DNA of 64,000 nt. Origin: an uncultured Candidatus Saccharibacteria bacterium. Its GTDB lineage: Bacteria > Patescibacteriota > Minisyncoccia > Phycocordibacterales > Phycocordibacteraceae. The position numbers and the translations under genes are program-made. A model generated the notes under the pieces. That model saw only the letters and a program-made list of their open reading frames with translations. It was not told the origin of the DNA and did no database searches. Shown here piece after piece: positions 17,366 to 26,875 of the stretch. The stretch lies in contig CAZDPG010000001.1 of assembly GCA_964507275.1 (NCBI GenBank), positions 404,577-468,576 of the forward strand. Direction: 5' to 3'. Every line of letters starts with the position of its first letter. Position 1 is the stretch's first letter.

Positions 17366-18109
17366 TCACCCCATCCGCAATACCATCACCCCATCATGAC
17401 CATAGGGGTCATTCCAGAATTCCCAGTTCCAGTCAGTATCAGCGAGCATTTTCTTGAGTTCCTCGGCTTGCGTCATATCGCACTCGACGTAGAGCACACC
17501 ACGCTCGGTGAGATACTTCTTCCCTTCCCGTATGAGTTCGCGATGATGACCATAGCCATCGCTTGAGCCGAAGAAAGCGATGTGCGGTTCATACTTCATC
17601 TCAGGATCCATGTCTGCTTCGCCCGCGGGATCGACATACGGCGGATTCGCACAGATGATGTCGAACGTGCCGGTGATCTTCTCCAGACTGTCGCCGACGA
17701 TAAGCGTCGCACGTGAGGCGTCGATGCCATTGCGCTCCAGCGACTTCGCGATTTGTGGCATGAGGTTTGCATCGATTTCATTGAACGTCACGTGTGATTC
17801 AGGCAAGTACTTCAGGAGCGCAATGCCGATGTTACCCGCACCCGCGTACGCATCGAGTGCCGTAATCGACCCTTTATCTTTCCATTCTTCTATTACTCTC
17901 TTCGTCCAAAAGGCCGTCTCGTCGCGCGGGACCATCGGCTTGTAGGAGAGGTCAATGCGACAATCGAGGAAGTCGGCATAACCGAGTATATATTCAAATG
18001 GCTCATGTGCATCGATGCGCGCGCAATCAGCGCAGTAAGCATCGTTCTCGACTCCTCCGTATTTCTCTCTTAGCACCTTCTGCTTCGCTGCTTCGTCTGA
18101 CAGATACAT
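17366..18109 (-). CDS. prmC: Release-factor glutamine N5-methyltransferase (HemK/PrmC family)
   Basis: 247 aa with the NPPY motif (ICANPPYVD) and the SAM-binding LDAYAGAGNIG. Confidence 0.8.
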   Translation of the reverse strand: MYLSDEAAKQKVLREKYGGVENDAYCADCARIDAHEPFEYILGYADFLDCRIDLSYKPMVPRDETAFWTKRVIEEWKDKGSITALDAYAGAGNIGIALLKYLPESHVTFNEIDANLMPQIAKSLERNGIDASRATLIVGDSLEKITGTFDIICANPPYVDPAGEADMDPEMKYEPHIAFFGSSDGYGHHRELIREGKKYLTERGVLYVECDMTQAEELKKMLADTDWNWEFWNDPYGHDGVMVLRMG

Positions 18110-18111
18110 GA

Positions 18112-18705
18112 CTAGTCTTCAAGAATCTTCTGTATGAGCGCGTCTCGCTCTTTCGGCGTTGCCTTCACTGCTGAATACAGCACGACCGTTGCCTCATGGG
18201 CCGCTTCCTTTATCGCGCGCATCTGTGCGATCGTCTCTTTCTGATTCAACTTGTCGGCTTTGTTCGCGACGATGAGATACGGATGTCCCTGTTCGCGGAG
18301 CACACGTATCATCTCTTCGTCGAAAGCTGTGAGTCCTGCCTTGCTGTCGAGGATGAGCACGATCTTCGCAATCGTCGCCTCCGAGTACATGAGGTACCAC
18401 AGGATAAGCTTCTCGATACTCTCTTTCTGCTTGGGTGATGCCTCAGCATAGCCGTAGCCAGGCAGGTCGACGAAGTAGCACTTCTTCCCATTCACACCGA
18501 AGAAATTAATCTCGGTCGTCTTACCCGGCTTCTTGCCGACCTTCACCAAATCCTTGCGGTTGACGACCGAATTGACGAGGCTCGACTTGCCGACATTTGA
18601 GCGCCCGACGAAAGCGTACTCAGGTACGCCATCATAGAGGATTTCGTCCGTCCCAACGATTCCCTTCAGGAACTCTGCCGAATTAATCTTCGTAATGACT
18701 GCCAT
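18112..18705 (-). CDS. engB: Ribosome biogenesis GTP-binding protein EngB/YsxC
   Basis: G1 GRSNVGKSSL, G3 DLPGYG, G4 NKADK. The likely start is MAVITKINS at 18705; the ORF track extends to 18780. Confidence 0.8.
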   Translation of the reverse strand: MAVITKINSAEFLKGIVGTDEILYDGVPEYAFVGRSNVGKSSLVNSVVNRKDLVKVGKKPGKTTEINFFGVNGKKCYFVDLPGYGYAEASPKQKESIEKLILWYLMYSEATIAKIVLILDSKAGLTAFDEEMIRVLREQGHPYLIVANKADKLNQKETIAQMRAIKEAAHEATVVLYSAVKATPKERDALIQKILED

Positions 18706-18898
18706 ATATCCAAACACTACCCTACTCCCTGATTTTTGCGAATTATAAAAAACGGCACGCCATAATAGCGCGCCTCCCATATCAACGTCAGAGACCTATT
18801 TCAAGGGTGGCTCCGCATCACCTGGCGACAATGCTTCACAGCCTCAGTCCTATCCTACACAAACATCGATGTGGTTTCGTGACTTTACCATAAAACTA

Positions 18899-20143
18899 TT
18901 ACGCGTGGCTACCGGCAACGTAGCCAGTCGTCCAACAGAGCTGGAGCGAGTAGCCACCTGAGGGACGGCTGATATGGAGCAGGTCGCCCGTGATGAAAAG
19001 ATTATCGAGGATCTTGCTCTTCATCGTGTGCGTATCCACTTCAGTGAGGGGAAGCCCGCCATCAGCGACAACCGCACGATCGAGACCCATGAGTCCGGTG
19101 ATAGTCATCGGCAGGCATTTGAGCAGTGCGCCCAGCGACTTGCGATTCTCCTTCGTCACGCTATGCACTTTTGTTTCCGGATTGATGTCCGGTGTGAGCG
19201 ATAAAAGCGTTTCAGACATGCCAGGCGGTACGATGTCTTTCAGGACGTTCTTCAACAGCTTGTTCTTATTCGTATCAAAAATCTCGGTGATTTTTCTATC
19301 GAGCGCCCCGATATCCATCCCCGGGAAGAGATCGACGGTCGCCGTGACGACACCTTCCGGAAGCAAGCTCGCCACCTTCCCTGCACTGTTCAAGACCGTC
19401 GGACCCGAGATGCCGAAGTGCGTGAACAAGAGCGGACCAGTCTTCGAGAACTGCTTCACTCTATCGACGCAGAACGTAATCTTCATCGCACTGAGCGAGA
19501 CGCCCGCGAGCGCCTTCACCCACCCCTCCTGCACCTTCAAAGGTACGATGGTCGGTGTCGGCTTCGCTACAGTGTGCCCGAGCTCTTTGAGCCAAGCGAA
19601 GCCGTCGCCCGTCGAACCAGTCTCCGGATGTGAGACGCCCCCGGTCGCGAGGATATACGAGTGCGCAGAGAAGTCTCCGGCACTCGTCTCTACCCTCACT
19701 ATATGACCGCCGGCGACGACGATCTTCTTCACGGTCACCCCGGTGCGCACCTCGACTTTCCCCTGTGTGAGATACTTCTCAAGCGCCCTGACCACATCGC
19801 TCGCGCGTTCACTCGCAGGGAATGCCCGCTTATATGCCTGGACCACCAGCGGCAGACCGTGTGATTCAAAAAATGAAAATGTGTCCTTCATGCCGAATTG
19901 CGAGAAGGCTGAATACAAAAACTTATCAGCTACTCCGTACCTCGCGAGCAACACACGCTCGTCCTCTTCGGCATTCGTGATGTTACAGCGCCCGCCGCCC
20001 GTTATAGAGAGCTTAGCACCGAGCTCTGCGTTCTTCTCAATGAGAAGAACGCTCTTTCCGAGCTCTGCGGCACGCCCCGCCGTCATCATACCGGACGCCC
20101 CGCCGCCGATTACCAGCACGTCGTAGGAAGAGAGAGACCTCAT
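18899..20143 (-). CDS. HI0933-like FAD-dependent oxidoreductase (aminoacetone oxidase family)
   Basis: 414 aa. The N-terminal GxGxxG is YDVLVIGGGASGMMTAGRAAELG, and a C-terminal ITGGxxN-type motif is present. Confidence 0.75.
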   Translation of the reverse strand: MRSLSSYDVLVIGGGASGMMTAGRAAELGKSVLLIEKNAELGAKLSITGGGRCNITNAEEDERVLLARYGVADKFLYSAFSQFGMKDTFSFFESHGLPLVVQAYKRAFPASERASDVVRALEKYLTQGKVEVRTGVTVKKIVVAGGHIVRVETSAGDFSAHSYILATGGVSHPETGSTGDGFAWLKELGHTVAKPTPTIVPLKVQEGWVKALAGVSLSAMKITFCVDRVKQFSKTGPLLFTHFGISGPTVLNSAGKVASLLPEGVVTATVDLFPGMDIGALDRKITEIFDTNKNKLLKNVLKDIVPPGMSETLLSLTPDINPETKVHSVTKENRKSLGALLKCLPMTITGLMGLDRAVVADGGLPLTEVDTHTMKSKILDNLFITGDLLHISRPSGGYSLQLCWTTGYVAGSHA

Positions 20144-20161
20144 AGAGGCTTGCTGCGCTTA

Positions 20162-20500
20162 CTACTGATCCGAGATGACGCGCGTCTGCGCCTCAATAGC
20201 GGAGATGAGTCGGTCGAGCTTCGTGTTCAAGATGCTGAACTGCTTCTTCAGATCGTTTGAGCCGTCTTCCTTGTATTCGGTCGGACGAGAAAATGGCTGT
20301 CCCGTGAAAGACGTCGTAGTCTCCTTGCCTTTGTAGCAGTTGCGGCAATAGACCGGTTTCTTGCCGTTTGGCTTGAATGGAACTTCGCATGGCGCGTGGC
20401 ACCCGTCGCAAGTCGTCTTGTGCGTCTCATTCGAGCGGTCGTCAGAACCGAAGGAAGGACGTCTCGGGCCGAAGCTATGTGATTTCTTAAAGTCTTTCAT
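20162..20500 (-). CDS. Small zinc-ribbon (CxxC...CxxC) protein
   Basis: TTCDGCHAPCEVPF...PVYCRNCY. Start MKDFKK chosen; the ORF track extends to 20530. Confidence 0.4.
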   Translation of the reverse strand: MKDFKKSHSFGPRRPSFGSDDRSNETHKTTCDGCHAPCEVPFKPNGKKPVYCRNCYKGKETTTSFTGQPFSRPTEYKEDGSNDLKKQFSILNTKLDRLISAIEAQTRVISDQ

Positions 20501-20605
20501 GGAGGTGATGATTAAACTGCAAAATAACATATTTCCTAAAGAAAGGCAAGGAGCATGAGAAAAGCCGCTTCGGATGCGGCTTTTCTGTACAAAGCACTCG
20601 AATTC

Positions 20606-21004
20606 CTATTCCGTCGTATGACCGTCGAAATGTTCCCCTTCGTCAGCCTCGGCGTCAGCCTTCGTCGCATGGACGGTGCCGTCCTTATGGTTCGGCGGAG
20701 CGTAGATTGTGTAGAGCTTCATCGGCTGGTCAGAAGAGGTGTTGACGATGTTATGCATCGCTCCATGCGGTACGACGATGGCGGAGCCGTCTTTTAGTTC
20801 GTGGGTGACGCCGTCCAGAATCGCCTGCCCTTCCCCTGCCTCGACGCGGATGAACTGATCCAAGTGGTGCACCTCCGCACCGATCTCCTCACCTGGTGCG
20901 AGACTCATCAGTACCAGCTGCACGTGCTGTCCGGTGTAGAGCACTTTTCTAAAATGCTCGTTTTCGATGGATGCTTGTTCTATGTTGGTGACGAATCCTT
21001 TCAT
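20606..21004 (-). CDS. Cupin-domain protein
   Basis: 132 aa with cupin motifs (G..H.H; P.G..H...N). Confidence 0.6.
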   Translation of the reverse strand: MKGFVTNIEQASIENEHFRKVLYTGQHVQLVLMSLAPGEEIGAEVHHLDQFIRVEAGEGQAILDGVTHELKDGSAIVVPHGAMHNIVNTSSDQPMKLYTIYAPPNHKDGTVHATKADAEADEGEHFDGHTTE

Positions 21005-21013
21005 ACCTCCAGA

Positions 21014-21868
21014 TTACTTCAAACGAACCGGTATCTCAAGCGCATCGTCATGCTCGGGCAGGCCAGAAGGATTGTCTTTCTTCAAGATGAGCGTGCCACT
21101 ACGCGAATACTGCCCCGATATGAGAGCGGTGTCGAAGGTGAGCGTTGCTTTGAAGGGAACGAATTCGGTCGTCATCCAGTCACTCTCTGCTTCCGCAATT
21201 CCCTGACCGATTATCTTTCCATCCCAGTCGGTGAGGAATATGGGGAAACTGGCCTCGAAATACCAATTGCCACGTGCTTCTCCGGTGATGGTCACGGGGC
21301 TTCCTATCTCGGCGTTAGGAAGCGGACTCGTGAGCCGGATCAGATGACTCTTGTCGATAACAAGAATCGTCCCTTCGACTTTCAGATACTTGCTCACGCC
21401 AACGGATGGCTGGGTGGTCATCGGCTCACCAGACCTCCTGTCTGCGTAATTCACGATCAGCTGACCCTCTCTGATCTCCGTCGTCTGCGGAGCGATCCTG
21501 TCGCCGAGCAATACTGCGTTCGTACCCTGATATCCATCACTTGTCTTAAGGGCAACAACCGAGTAATAGAATGTTCCACTCCCACCTGCGTCCTGCGTGA
21601 GGAGGAACGCGACATCAGGCATGCCGTCATTATTCAGGTCTCCGGTCGCCTCATTACCGAAGTACTGCGTCACCATCTTGGAGGCCGAGCCTGGTGCGGC
21701 GACTGTCTCTGCACGACCATCGATGAGCGTCACCGACTGCCCTTCGATGATGTACGTGGCGTTTTTGTAATCTGCCTGGGGTACTACTACTTGATCCTGG
21801 CTCATCCAAAACCATACTCCGATAATAAGAAGCAACGCAGCACCTCCCACTGTTATCGATGTTTTCAT
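21014..21868 (-). CDS. Membrane-anchored extracytoplasmic protein (hypothetical; Gmad2-like Ig fold possible)
   Basis: N-terminal TM helix MKTSITVGGAALLLIIGVWFW followed by a beta-rich domain. The opposite ORF 20801..21910 is shadow. Confidence 0.55.
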   Translation of the reverse strand: MKTSITVGGAALLLIIGVWFWMSQDQVVVPQADYKNATYIIEGQSVTLIDGRAETVAAPGSASKMVTQYFGNEATGDLNNDGMPDVAFLLTQDAGGSGTFYYSVVALKTSDGYQGTNAVLLGDRIAPQTTEIREGQLIVNYADRRSGEPMTTQPSVGVSKYLKVEGTILVIDKSHLIRLTSPLPNAEIGSPVTITGEARGNWYFEASFPIFLTDWDGKIIGQGIAEAESDWMTTEFVPFKATLTFDTALISGQYSRSGTLILKKDNPSGLPEHDDALEIPVRLK

Positions 21869-21919
21869 ACCGTAAGTATACCAACTCGGATAGCGAACCT
21901 CGGCGGATGACGTGCTACC

Positions 21920-23341
21920 CTATCTCGTTCCTTCTTCTGTAAATATTTCCTCCGAGACCCTCTCAATCAGGACTTCTTCTGCACCGATGAGTCGCTTTTT
22001 CTTCCAGTCCCCTCGTGCGTATATGCCGACCGTAACCAGAGCGATGATGATGCTTGAAATCGGAAATGCCCACCAGATGCCGACGGTACCCAGTGCGGTA
22101 TGTTTTGAGAGAATATATGCGAGCGGGAATTGAAGGACCCACTGCGACACGAGCGTGAGGATCATAGCGGTGACCATGTTCCCCGAAGCACGCAGTACCC
22201 CGGTAAGTGCAAGCTGCGCGCCCATGAAGCCCCATGACAGTGCCACGATACGCAGGAACACTGAACCGGCGGCAATGACATCAGGAGCACCAGGAATGAA
22301 GAACGAAATGATTTGCGATGCGAACAGAAACACGACAACGCCCAAACCGGTAAGCATCCCGAACCCGAGCCAGGCCCCGAGCCGTCCAATACGCGCTGCG
22401 CGATCGACATTACCAGCGCCGATATTCTGACCAACGAGGGTAGAGACCGCCATCGAGAGACCCATGGCAGGAATCATGATGACCTGCAGCACCGTTGATC
22501 CGACTCCGTAGGCGGCAATGGCGAGCGTTCCGAAACTCGTGATGAGAAACGTCATCATAGTAAGTCCGAGTGCTCGAGCCGATTGCTCGATCGATGCCGG
22601 GAAACCGAGGAGAAAGGCTCGTTGTATGTACTCAAAATCGGGTATGAAATCTTTGCGCCGGACATGCACGCCGCTCTTCCCGAGCCATAGTACTGCCATG
22701 CCGATGATTGCGGCGATGCCCTGCGTACTGAGAGTAGCAATGGCCGCGCCCATGACGCCGTACGCTTTAATCGGTCCCCATCCGAATATGAGTAGCGGGT
22801 CAAGGACGAAGTTGAGCAGAACGGTGCCGGACACGATGTAAATAGGAAGAGTTACGTTGCCGACGCCGCGCATGATCGCCTGGAAGACAAAGAACGTGAA
22901 GTTGAAAATGAGCGCAATGAAGGACACGCGCATGAAGCCGAGTGCTCCAGCATACACGTCCGGCGCGACGCCCATGAGCCGCAGCAGAGTTGGCGCGGCG
23001 ATGTATCCGATAGCCCCGAGGACAACCGAGACAACTGCGACCATAAGAAGTGTCTGCGCTGCGACATGACTCACCATCTCGTGATTTCTTGCACCGATAT
23101 ATTGCGCGATAAGGGTCGAACCGGCTATGGCCAGTCCCGCACCCAATGCAATCATCAAAAAGGTCACTGGGAAGCTGACCGACACGGCAGCGACTGCGGC
23201 ATCGCCCAACCGGCCGACCCAAAAGGCGTCAGTAATCTGATAACCTGCCTGGAGAATATTCGCCGCCACAATCGGTATTGCGAGCGTAAGAAGTGAACGA
23301 AGGATAGAACCTTCGAACAGCGCGTTGTTTCGTTCAGGCAT
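21920..23341 (-). CDS. MATE-family multidrug/oligosaccharide efflux transporter
   Basis: 12 TM helices; MATE repeats. The true start MPERNNALFEG is at 23341 (cat at 23339-41); the ORF track extends to 23584. Confidence 0.85.
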   Translation of the reverse strand: MPERNNALFEGSILRSLLTLAIPIVAANILQAGYQITDAFWVGRLGDAAVAAVSVSFPVTFLMIALGAGLAIAGSTLIAQYIGARNHEMVSHVAAQTLLMVAVVSVVLGAIGYIAAPTLLRLMGVAPDVYAGALGFMRVSFIALIFNFTFFVFQAIMRGVGNVTLPIYIVSGTVLLNFVLDPLLIFGWGPIKAYGVMGAAIATLSTQGIAAIIGMAVLWLGKSGVHVRRKDFIPDFEYIQRAFLLGFPASIEQSARALGLTMMTFLITSFGTLAIAAYGVGSTVLQVIMIPAMGLSMAVSTLVGQNIGAGNVDRAARIGRLGAWLGFGMLTGLGVVVFLFASQIISFFIPGAPDVIAAGSVFLRIVALSWGFMGAQLALTGVLRASGNMVTAMILTLVSQWVLQFPLAYILSKHTALGTVGIWWAFPISSIIIALVTVGIYARGDWKKKRLIGAEEVLIERVSEEIFTEEGTR

Positions 23342-23406
23342 AGATTTGTTGATTATACACAGGGTGATTCTAATCACCCGATGTGCTACGACATGACTTC
23401 CGTTTC

Positions 23407-23820
23407 CTAAATCATGAGAACCGCCCCGATGGTTATCAGAGCCGCCCCGAAGAGCGCCTTCCAAGAAAACTGCGTACCTAGAAATAAGAGGGAGAGGAGG
23501 AGGACAAACACGACGCTTGTCCGGTCGATGGCAGACACGCCAGGCGCCGGACCAATCTTGAGTGCAGAGAACATGGCGAGCCACGAGAGCGCGCCAGCGA
23601 TGCCAGAGAGCGTAATGAAAAGAAGCGCCCGCCCGTGCGGCAAAGATGCGAGATTAATCTTACCCAACCCTAAAGATACGACGACGAGGAATCCCGCCAT
23701 TATGACCGCCCGTACTGTCGTCGCGACGGTCGTATCAACACCCTGAAGACCGATTTTCCCGAGCACTGCCACCAGAGCAGCAAAGACTGCCCCGACGAGT
23801 GCCAGCAACATCCATGTCAT
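23407..23820 (-). CDS. EamA-like (DMT superfamily) small membrane protein
   Basis: 137 aa with 4 TM helices and an EamA-type signature. Confidence 0.55.
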   Translation of the reverse strand: MTWMLLALVGAVFAALVAVLGKIGLQGVDTTVATTVRAVIMAGFLVVVSLGLGKINLASLPHGRALLFITLSGIAGALSWLAMFSALKIGPAPGVSAIDRTSVVFVLLLSLLFLGTQFSWKALFGAALITIGAVLMI

Positions 23821-23841
23821 AGGGAAATCATACCGCGCGAA

Positions 23842-24429
23842 TTACTCCTGGCCAGGATTCGGTATGAAATGGATTGACTCAAGAAGCGGCTGGAAATCGC
23901 GTCGAATGTCGGAGTCCTTGTCCAAGAACTGTCCTGTTATGACGTAAACACTGTCTCCATGAGCAACCACGGCGTTCTCTGATGCATAGAGGCCGTCTGC
24001 TATATAGCGTATCGCATTGGCTCCACCAACCGTAGTCTCTGAAACATCGCCCGTCTTGAGGTTGATATTGCTGTACGGAATGTGTGTATCAGCCCACGTC
24101 TGCGGCCACTGCTTCTGCGGATTCTCAAAGATATATATCGCTATGACCGCAGGTCCCTCGCCGCCGACAGGCATTTCTCGCGACGCGTCCTCGGCACGGA
24201 TGAGAGTGAGTGCCTTCACGAGACCCGCTTGCGCATCTGCAGGCGCTGATTCTTCGAGCACATAGCCCTGCGGCCCAGAACGATAAGAAAACTCAATGCC
24301 AAGCTCGCTACTACTAAAGGTCGAGTACTGAGTATTTAGTCCCAGATTAATTTCTGTGACATCTGTTCGAAGCAGGACGAGCCCTGCCACGGCGAGCACT
24401 GCCACAAGGATGAGTAGCATTTTCTTCAT
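23842..24429 (-). CDS. Secreted hypothetical protein
   Basis: Signal peptide MKKMLLILVAVLAVAGLVLL. The ORF track extends to 24456. Confidence 0.5.
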   Translation of the reverse strand: MKKMLLILVAVLAVAGLVLLRTDVTEINLGLNTQYSTFSSSELGIEFSYRSGPQGYVLEESAPADAQAGLVKALTLIRAEDASREMPVGGEGPAVIAIYIFENPQKQWPQTWADTHIPYSNINLKTGDVSETTVGGANAIRYIADGLYASENAVVAHGDSVYVITGQFLDKDSDIRRDFQPLLESIHFIPNPGQE

Positions 24430-24436
24430 GTTCACA

Positions 24437-24718
24437 TCAGATCTGCGCGCCGTCACCGAGATTCACCTCAGCCTTATAACGCTCAATTACCTCAGGATGC
24501 TTGCCTTCTTTGCACTCAGCGACGAATTTCTCAGCACTCGCGCCATCGGGGAAGGTCATGTAAGAGAGAGATCCCTCGCACACCGCATTGATGTCGATCT
24601 TGCCCTGTGAAGCCGTATCGGTTTGCCTTTGTGTGGAGAGACCATAGCCTATACCCACAATAACGAGCCCTGCAAGAATAATTAAAGCTGTTTTCATAGC
24701 GGCGAGTGTTTTCCTCAT
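24437..24718 (-). CDS. Small secreted or membrane-anchored protein
   Basis: 93 aa with an N-terminal TM/signal and two Cys. Confidence 0.4.
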   Translation of the reverse strand: MRKTLAAMKTALIILAGLVIVGIGYGLSTQRQTDTASQGKIDINAVCEGSLSYMTFPDGASAEKFVAECKEGKHPEVIERYKAEVNLGDGAQI

Positions 24719-24878
24719 GATGATAATTATACGCTCCTAACCCGTCTAGGTCGCCGGGTACCAAAAACTAAGCTGCTGGCCTCCTCGGATTCGTACATTG
24801 TACCGTGAGGCACTATAAGGGTTTTCTGGCGCCTTTTTTCAGCCCCTTTCGACCCTCCTCGGAATGGCGCTTTCGTCG

Positions 24879-25421
24879 CTAAATGTTACTAACTCTATTG
24901 TGGATATACGCTGACGCCTCCTGACGGAAGGATTCAATAAATTCGTTGGGGATATTGTGTTCTCCTCGTATCGCATAAGCTCTCATATTACTCAGGTACT
25001 CCCACTCAACTATCGCCATAATGACTTGTTCGAGAGTTTTGTTTGGAAGCTGAATTAGATCAGTGTAATAACCGTCTGCACCGAGGTCTTGTGCATCGAA
25101 CTTTCTCCGAGTATCAAGAATGATATTTAGGATATCGTTTTCCGAATATGACGGAACAAACTTATTTTCAGCATTTTCTTGCCTGAATTTCTTTATATCC
25201 CCAACCGTCGCATCATTCCGGAGCCCACTTTCATTTGTGAGGCTCTCAATGTTAACAGACGGTTTTGCGGTTTTTGCCCATGCTTTAAAAGCGGAAGAAT
25301 TCTCATCCTTCAGCTTCTTATAAATCCTTATCTGGTGGCTTACTACTCCCTTATATCCAAGAAACGGCAATGCCTTTACGAGCAATCCGGCGAGAAATCC
25401 CCTAGAATTCAAAATCTGCAT
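24879..25421 (-). CDS. Hypothetical protein in the ~40% GC islet
   Basis: 180 aa with no recognisable domain. Strongly AT-shifted codon usage relative to the flanks. Confidence 0.45.
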   Translation of the reverse strand: MQILNSRGFLAGLLVKALPFLGYKGVVSHQIRIYKKLKDENSSAFKAWAKTAKPSVNIESLTNESGLRNDATVGDIKKFRQENAENKFVPSYSENDILNIILDTRRKFDAQDLGADGYYTDLIQLPNKTLEQVIMAIVEWEYLSNMRAYAIRGEHNIPNEFIESFRQEASAYIHNRVSNI

Positions 25422-25483
25422 TTCTGTATTTTATCACCTTCAAACTCCCGATGGGTCAAAGTGGCCAATCTCCTTCATGATTG

Positions 25484-26173
25484 TTACTTCATATATCCTC
25501 CTCCAGAACCCATTTGCTCTCCAAATTTATATAAGAAATTCTGTTGCGTCTCATATGTCTTCTCAGGAAAACCGGCAATGGCGGCGTTATACTTAATGGT
25601 AAGCGAACAAACCATATCTTCACCGCCCTGCAAACTTATAGATTTTACGATACTTTGGTTGATGCCTATAACATCATTTTTCGACACAAACGTCGGTGGT
25701 TCTTTAGACGGACAATCCATAGCCTGGTATAAAATTCTTGCAGGTAAATTCCCAGAATTTTTTATAAAAATCCGATAGTCTGATTTTTTAGATACTAAAT
25801 CCGTATTTCCTTCAACATTTTCAATTGTCAGGTATGGTCTCGTCCTGAGTTCGAATTCAATGCCTGCTCTTTGTGTCGCAAGCCAAGAGAAAATCATACT
25901 TGAAACAGCAACAATGGCTAAAATTCTATTTGTTAAAATTGAATTTCTTCTTTCCAAATTTATTGCTTCATTTTCTTTTTCGTAAACGTTTGATTTTTCA
26001 ATCTCCATATCCATCTCATCCTTAAAATCATCCGCTAGGCTCTTTTCGGCTCTTTCTCTCACACTGGAAAAGGCAAGTCCACGTTCAGCGAAGTTGTTTT
26101 GCATCTCTAACAAATCCCGGTCGTGCTTTCTTTTACGGAACCTTAACCAAATCTCAAGATATTTATGATTCAT
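25484..26173 (-). CDS. Hypothetical single-pass membrane protein in the low-GC islet
   Basis: Start MNHKYLEIW at 26173, only 14 nt from the tRNA-Gln 3' end. A cytoplasmic helical N-terminus, then TM ILAIVAVSSMIFSWL, then a ~130-aa external domain. Confidence 0.45.
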   Translation of the reverse strand: MNHKYLEIWLRFRKRKHDRDLLEMQNNFAERGLAFSSVRERAEKSLADDFKDEMDMEIEKSNVYEKENEAINLERRNSILTNRILAIVAVSSMIFSWLATQRAGIEFELRTRPYLTIENVEGNTDLVSKKSDYRIFIKNSGNLPARILYQAMDCPSKEPPTFVSKNDVIGINQSIVKSISLQGGEDMVCSLTIKYNAAIAGFPEKTYETQQNFLYKFGEQMGSGGGYMK

Positions 26174-26186
26174 ATTGTGATCTCTG

Positions 26187-26257
26187 CTGCGGGTCAGGGA
26201 CTCGAACCCCAATACCATCCTCCAGAGGGATGTGTCCTACCATTAGACGAACCCGCA
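26187..26257 (-). tRNA. tRNA-Gln (anticodon CTG); CCA not encoded
   Basis: TGCGGGTTCGTCTAATGGTAGGACACATCCCTCTGGAGGATGGTATTGGGGTTCGAGTCCCTGACCCGCAG. U1:A72, anticodon loop CTCTGGA, T-loop TTCGAGT, discriminator G, all as in bacterial tRNA-Gln. Confidence 0.85.
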
Positions 26258-26324
26258 AGAGCACGACACCGAAGTGCCGTGCTCCATAGAAGATACTTGA
26301 AAACGGTCCTTTATTCAACCAGCA

Positions 26325-26864
26325 CTATTGAGTCCAGAACAGGTGGTAGATAAATGAAACGAGAGGATCGGCATCCGGACCGTAGACGATAGCTGCGCCG
26401 AGTGCCCCAGTTATAGTCATACCAACGAGAGCAATGAGCGCGAGGAGGGGCAGGAACCAGGTATCAAGCACGAGGTGAGTAAAGTATCGTCTGAGACTGA
26501 GAACGCGCAGCAAGAAAGGATTCGTCCCGAAGATACGATTGCTCCACCCTCTCTGATCACAGATGCGCGTGAGGTAGGCCGCGGCAAGCACGAGATACAC
26601 GAGTGTCGTTGCAGCAGCAAAAGGTGCATGCACTTCAAGAATGAAATCATTGGGAACAAGTCCTTCGACGAGTTCCTCTGCCATACCGCCAGTGACGAGA
26701 GCCGCAAAGGCCGCGAGTACGCCAGCAAAGAGAAGGAAGGCTTTTACTGGGAATGCCCATGCCTGGCGACGTACCATGGGGAACGCATAGACGCCTAGCT
26801 CAAGGAGCGAATATACCGCGAGCAGGCCTATCGGGAAATGCACAAAGAGAGGGTGGATGTTCAT
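26325..26864 (-). CDS. DUF2231-like membrane protein
   Basis: N-terminal HPLFVHFPIGLL motif with 4-5 TM helices. Confidence 0.6.
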   Translation of the reverse strand: MNIHPLFVHFPIGLLAVYSLLELGVYAFPMVRRQAWAFPVKAFLLFAGVLAAFAALVTGGMAEELVEGLVPNDFILEVHAPFAAATTLVYLVLAAAYLTRICDQRGWSNRIFGTNPFLLRVLSLRRYFTHLVLDTWFLPLLALIALVGMTITGALGAAIVYGPDADPLVSFIYHLFWTQ

Positions 26865-26875
26865 GTTTACTATGG

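Noticed and set aside
24773-24795. Far-side att repeat for the tRNA-Gln islet
   Set aside because: There is only a 6-bp exact match plus a gapped 9/11 match to the tRNA 3' region, which is not distinguishable from chance. The island call rests on composition and tRNA adjacency only.
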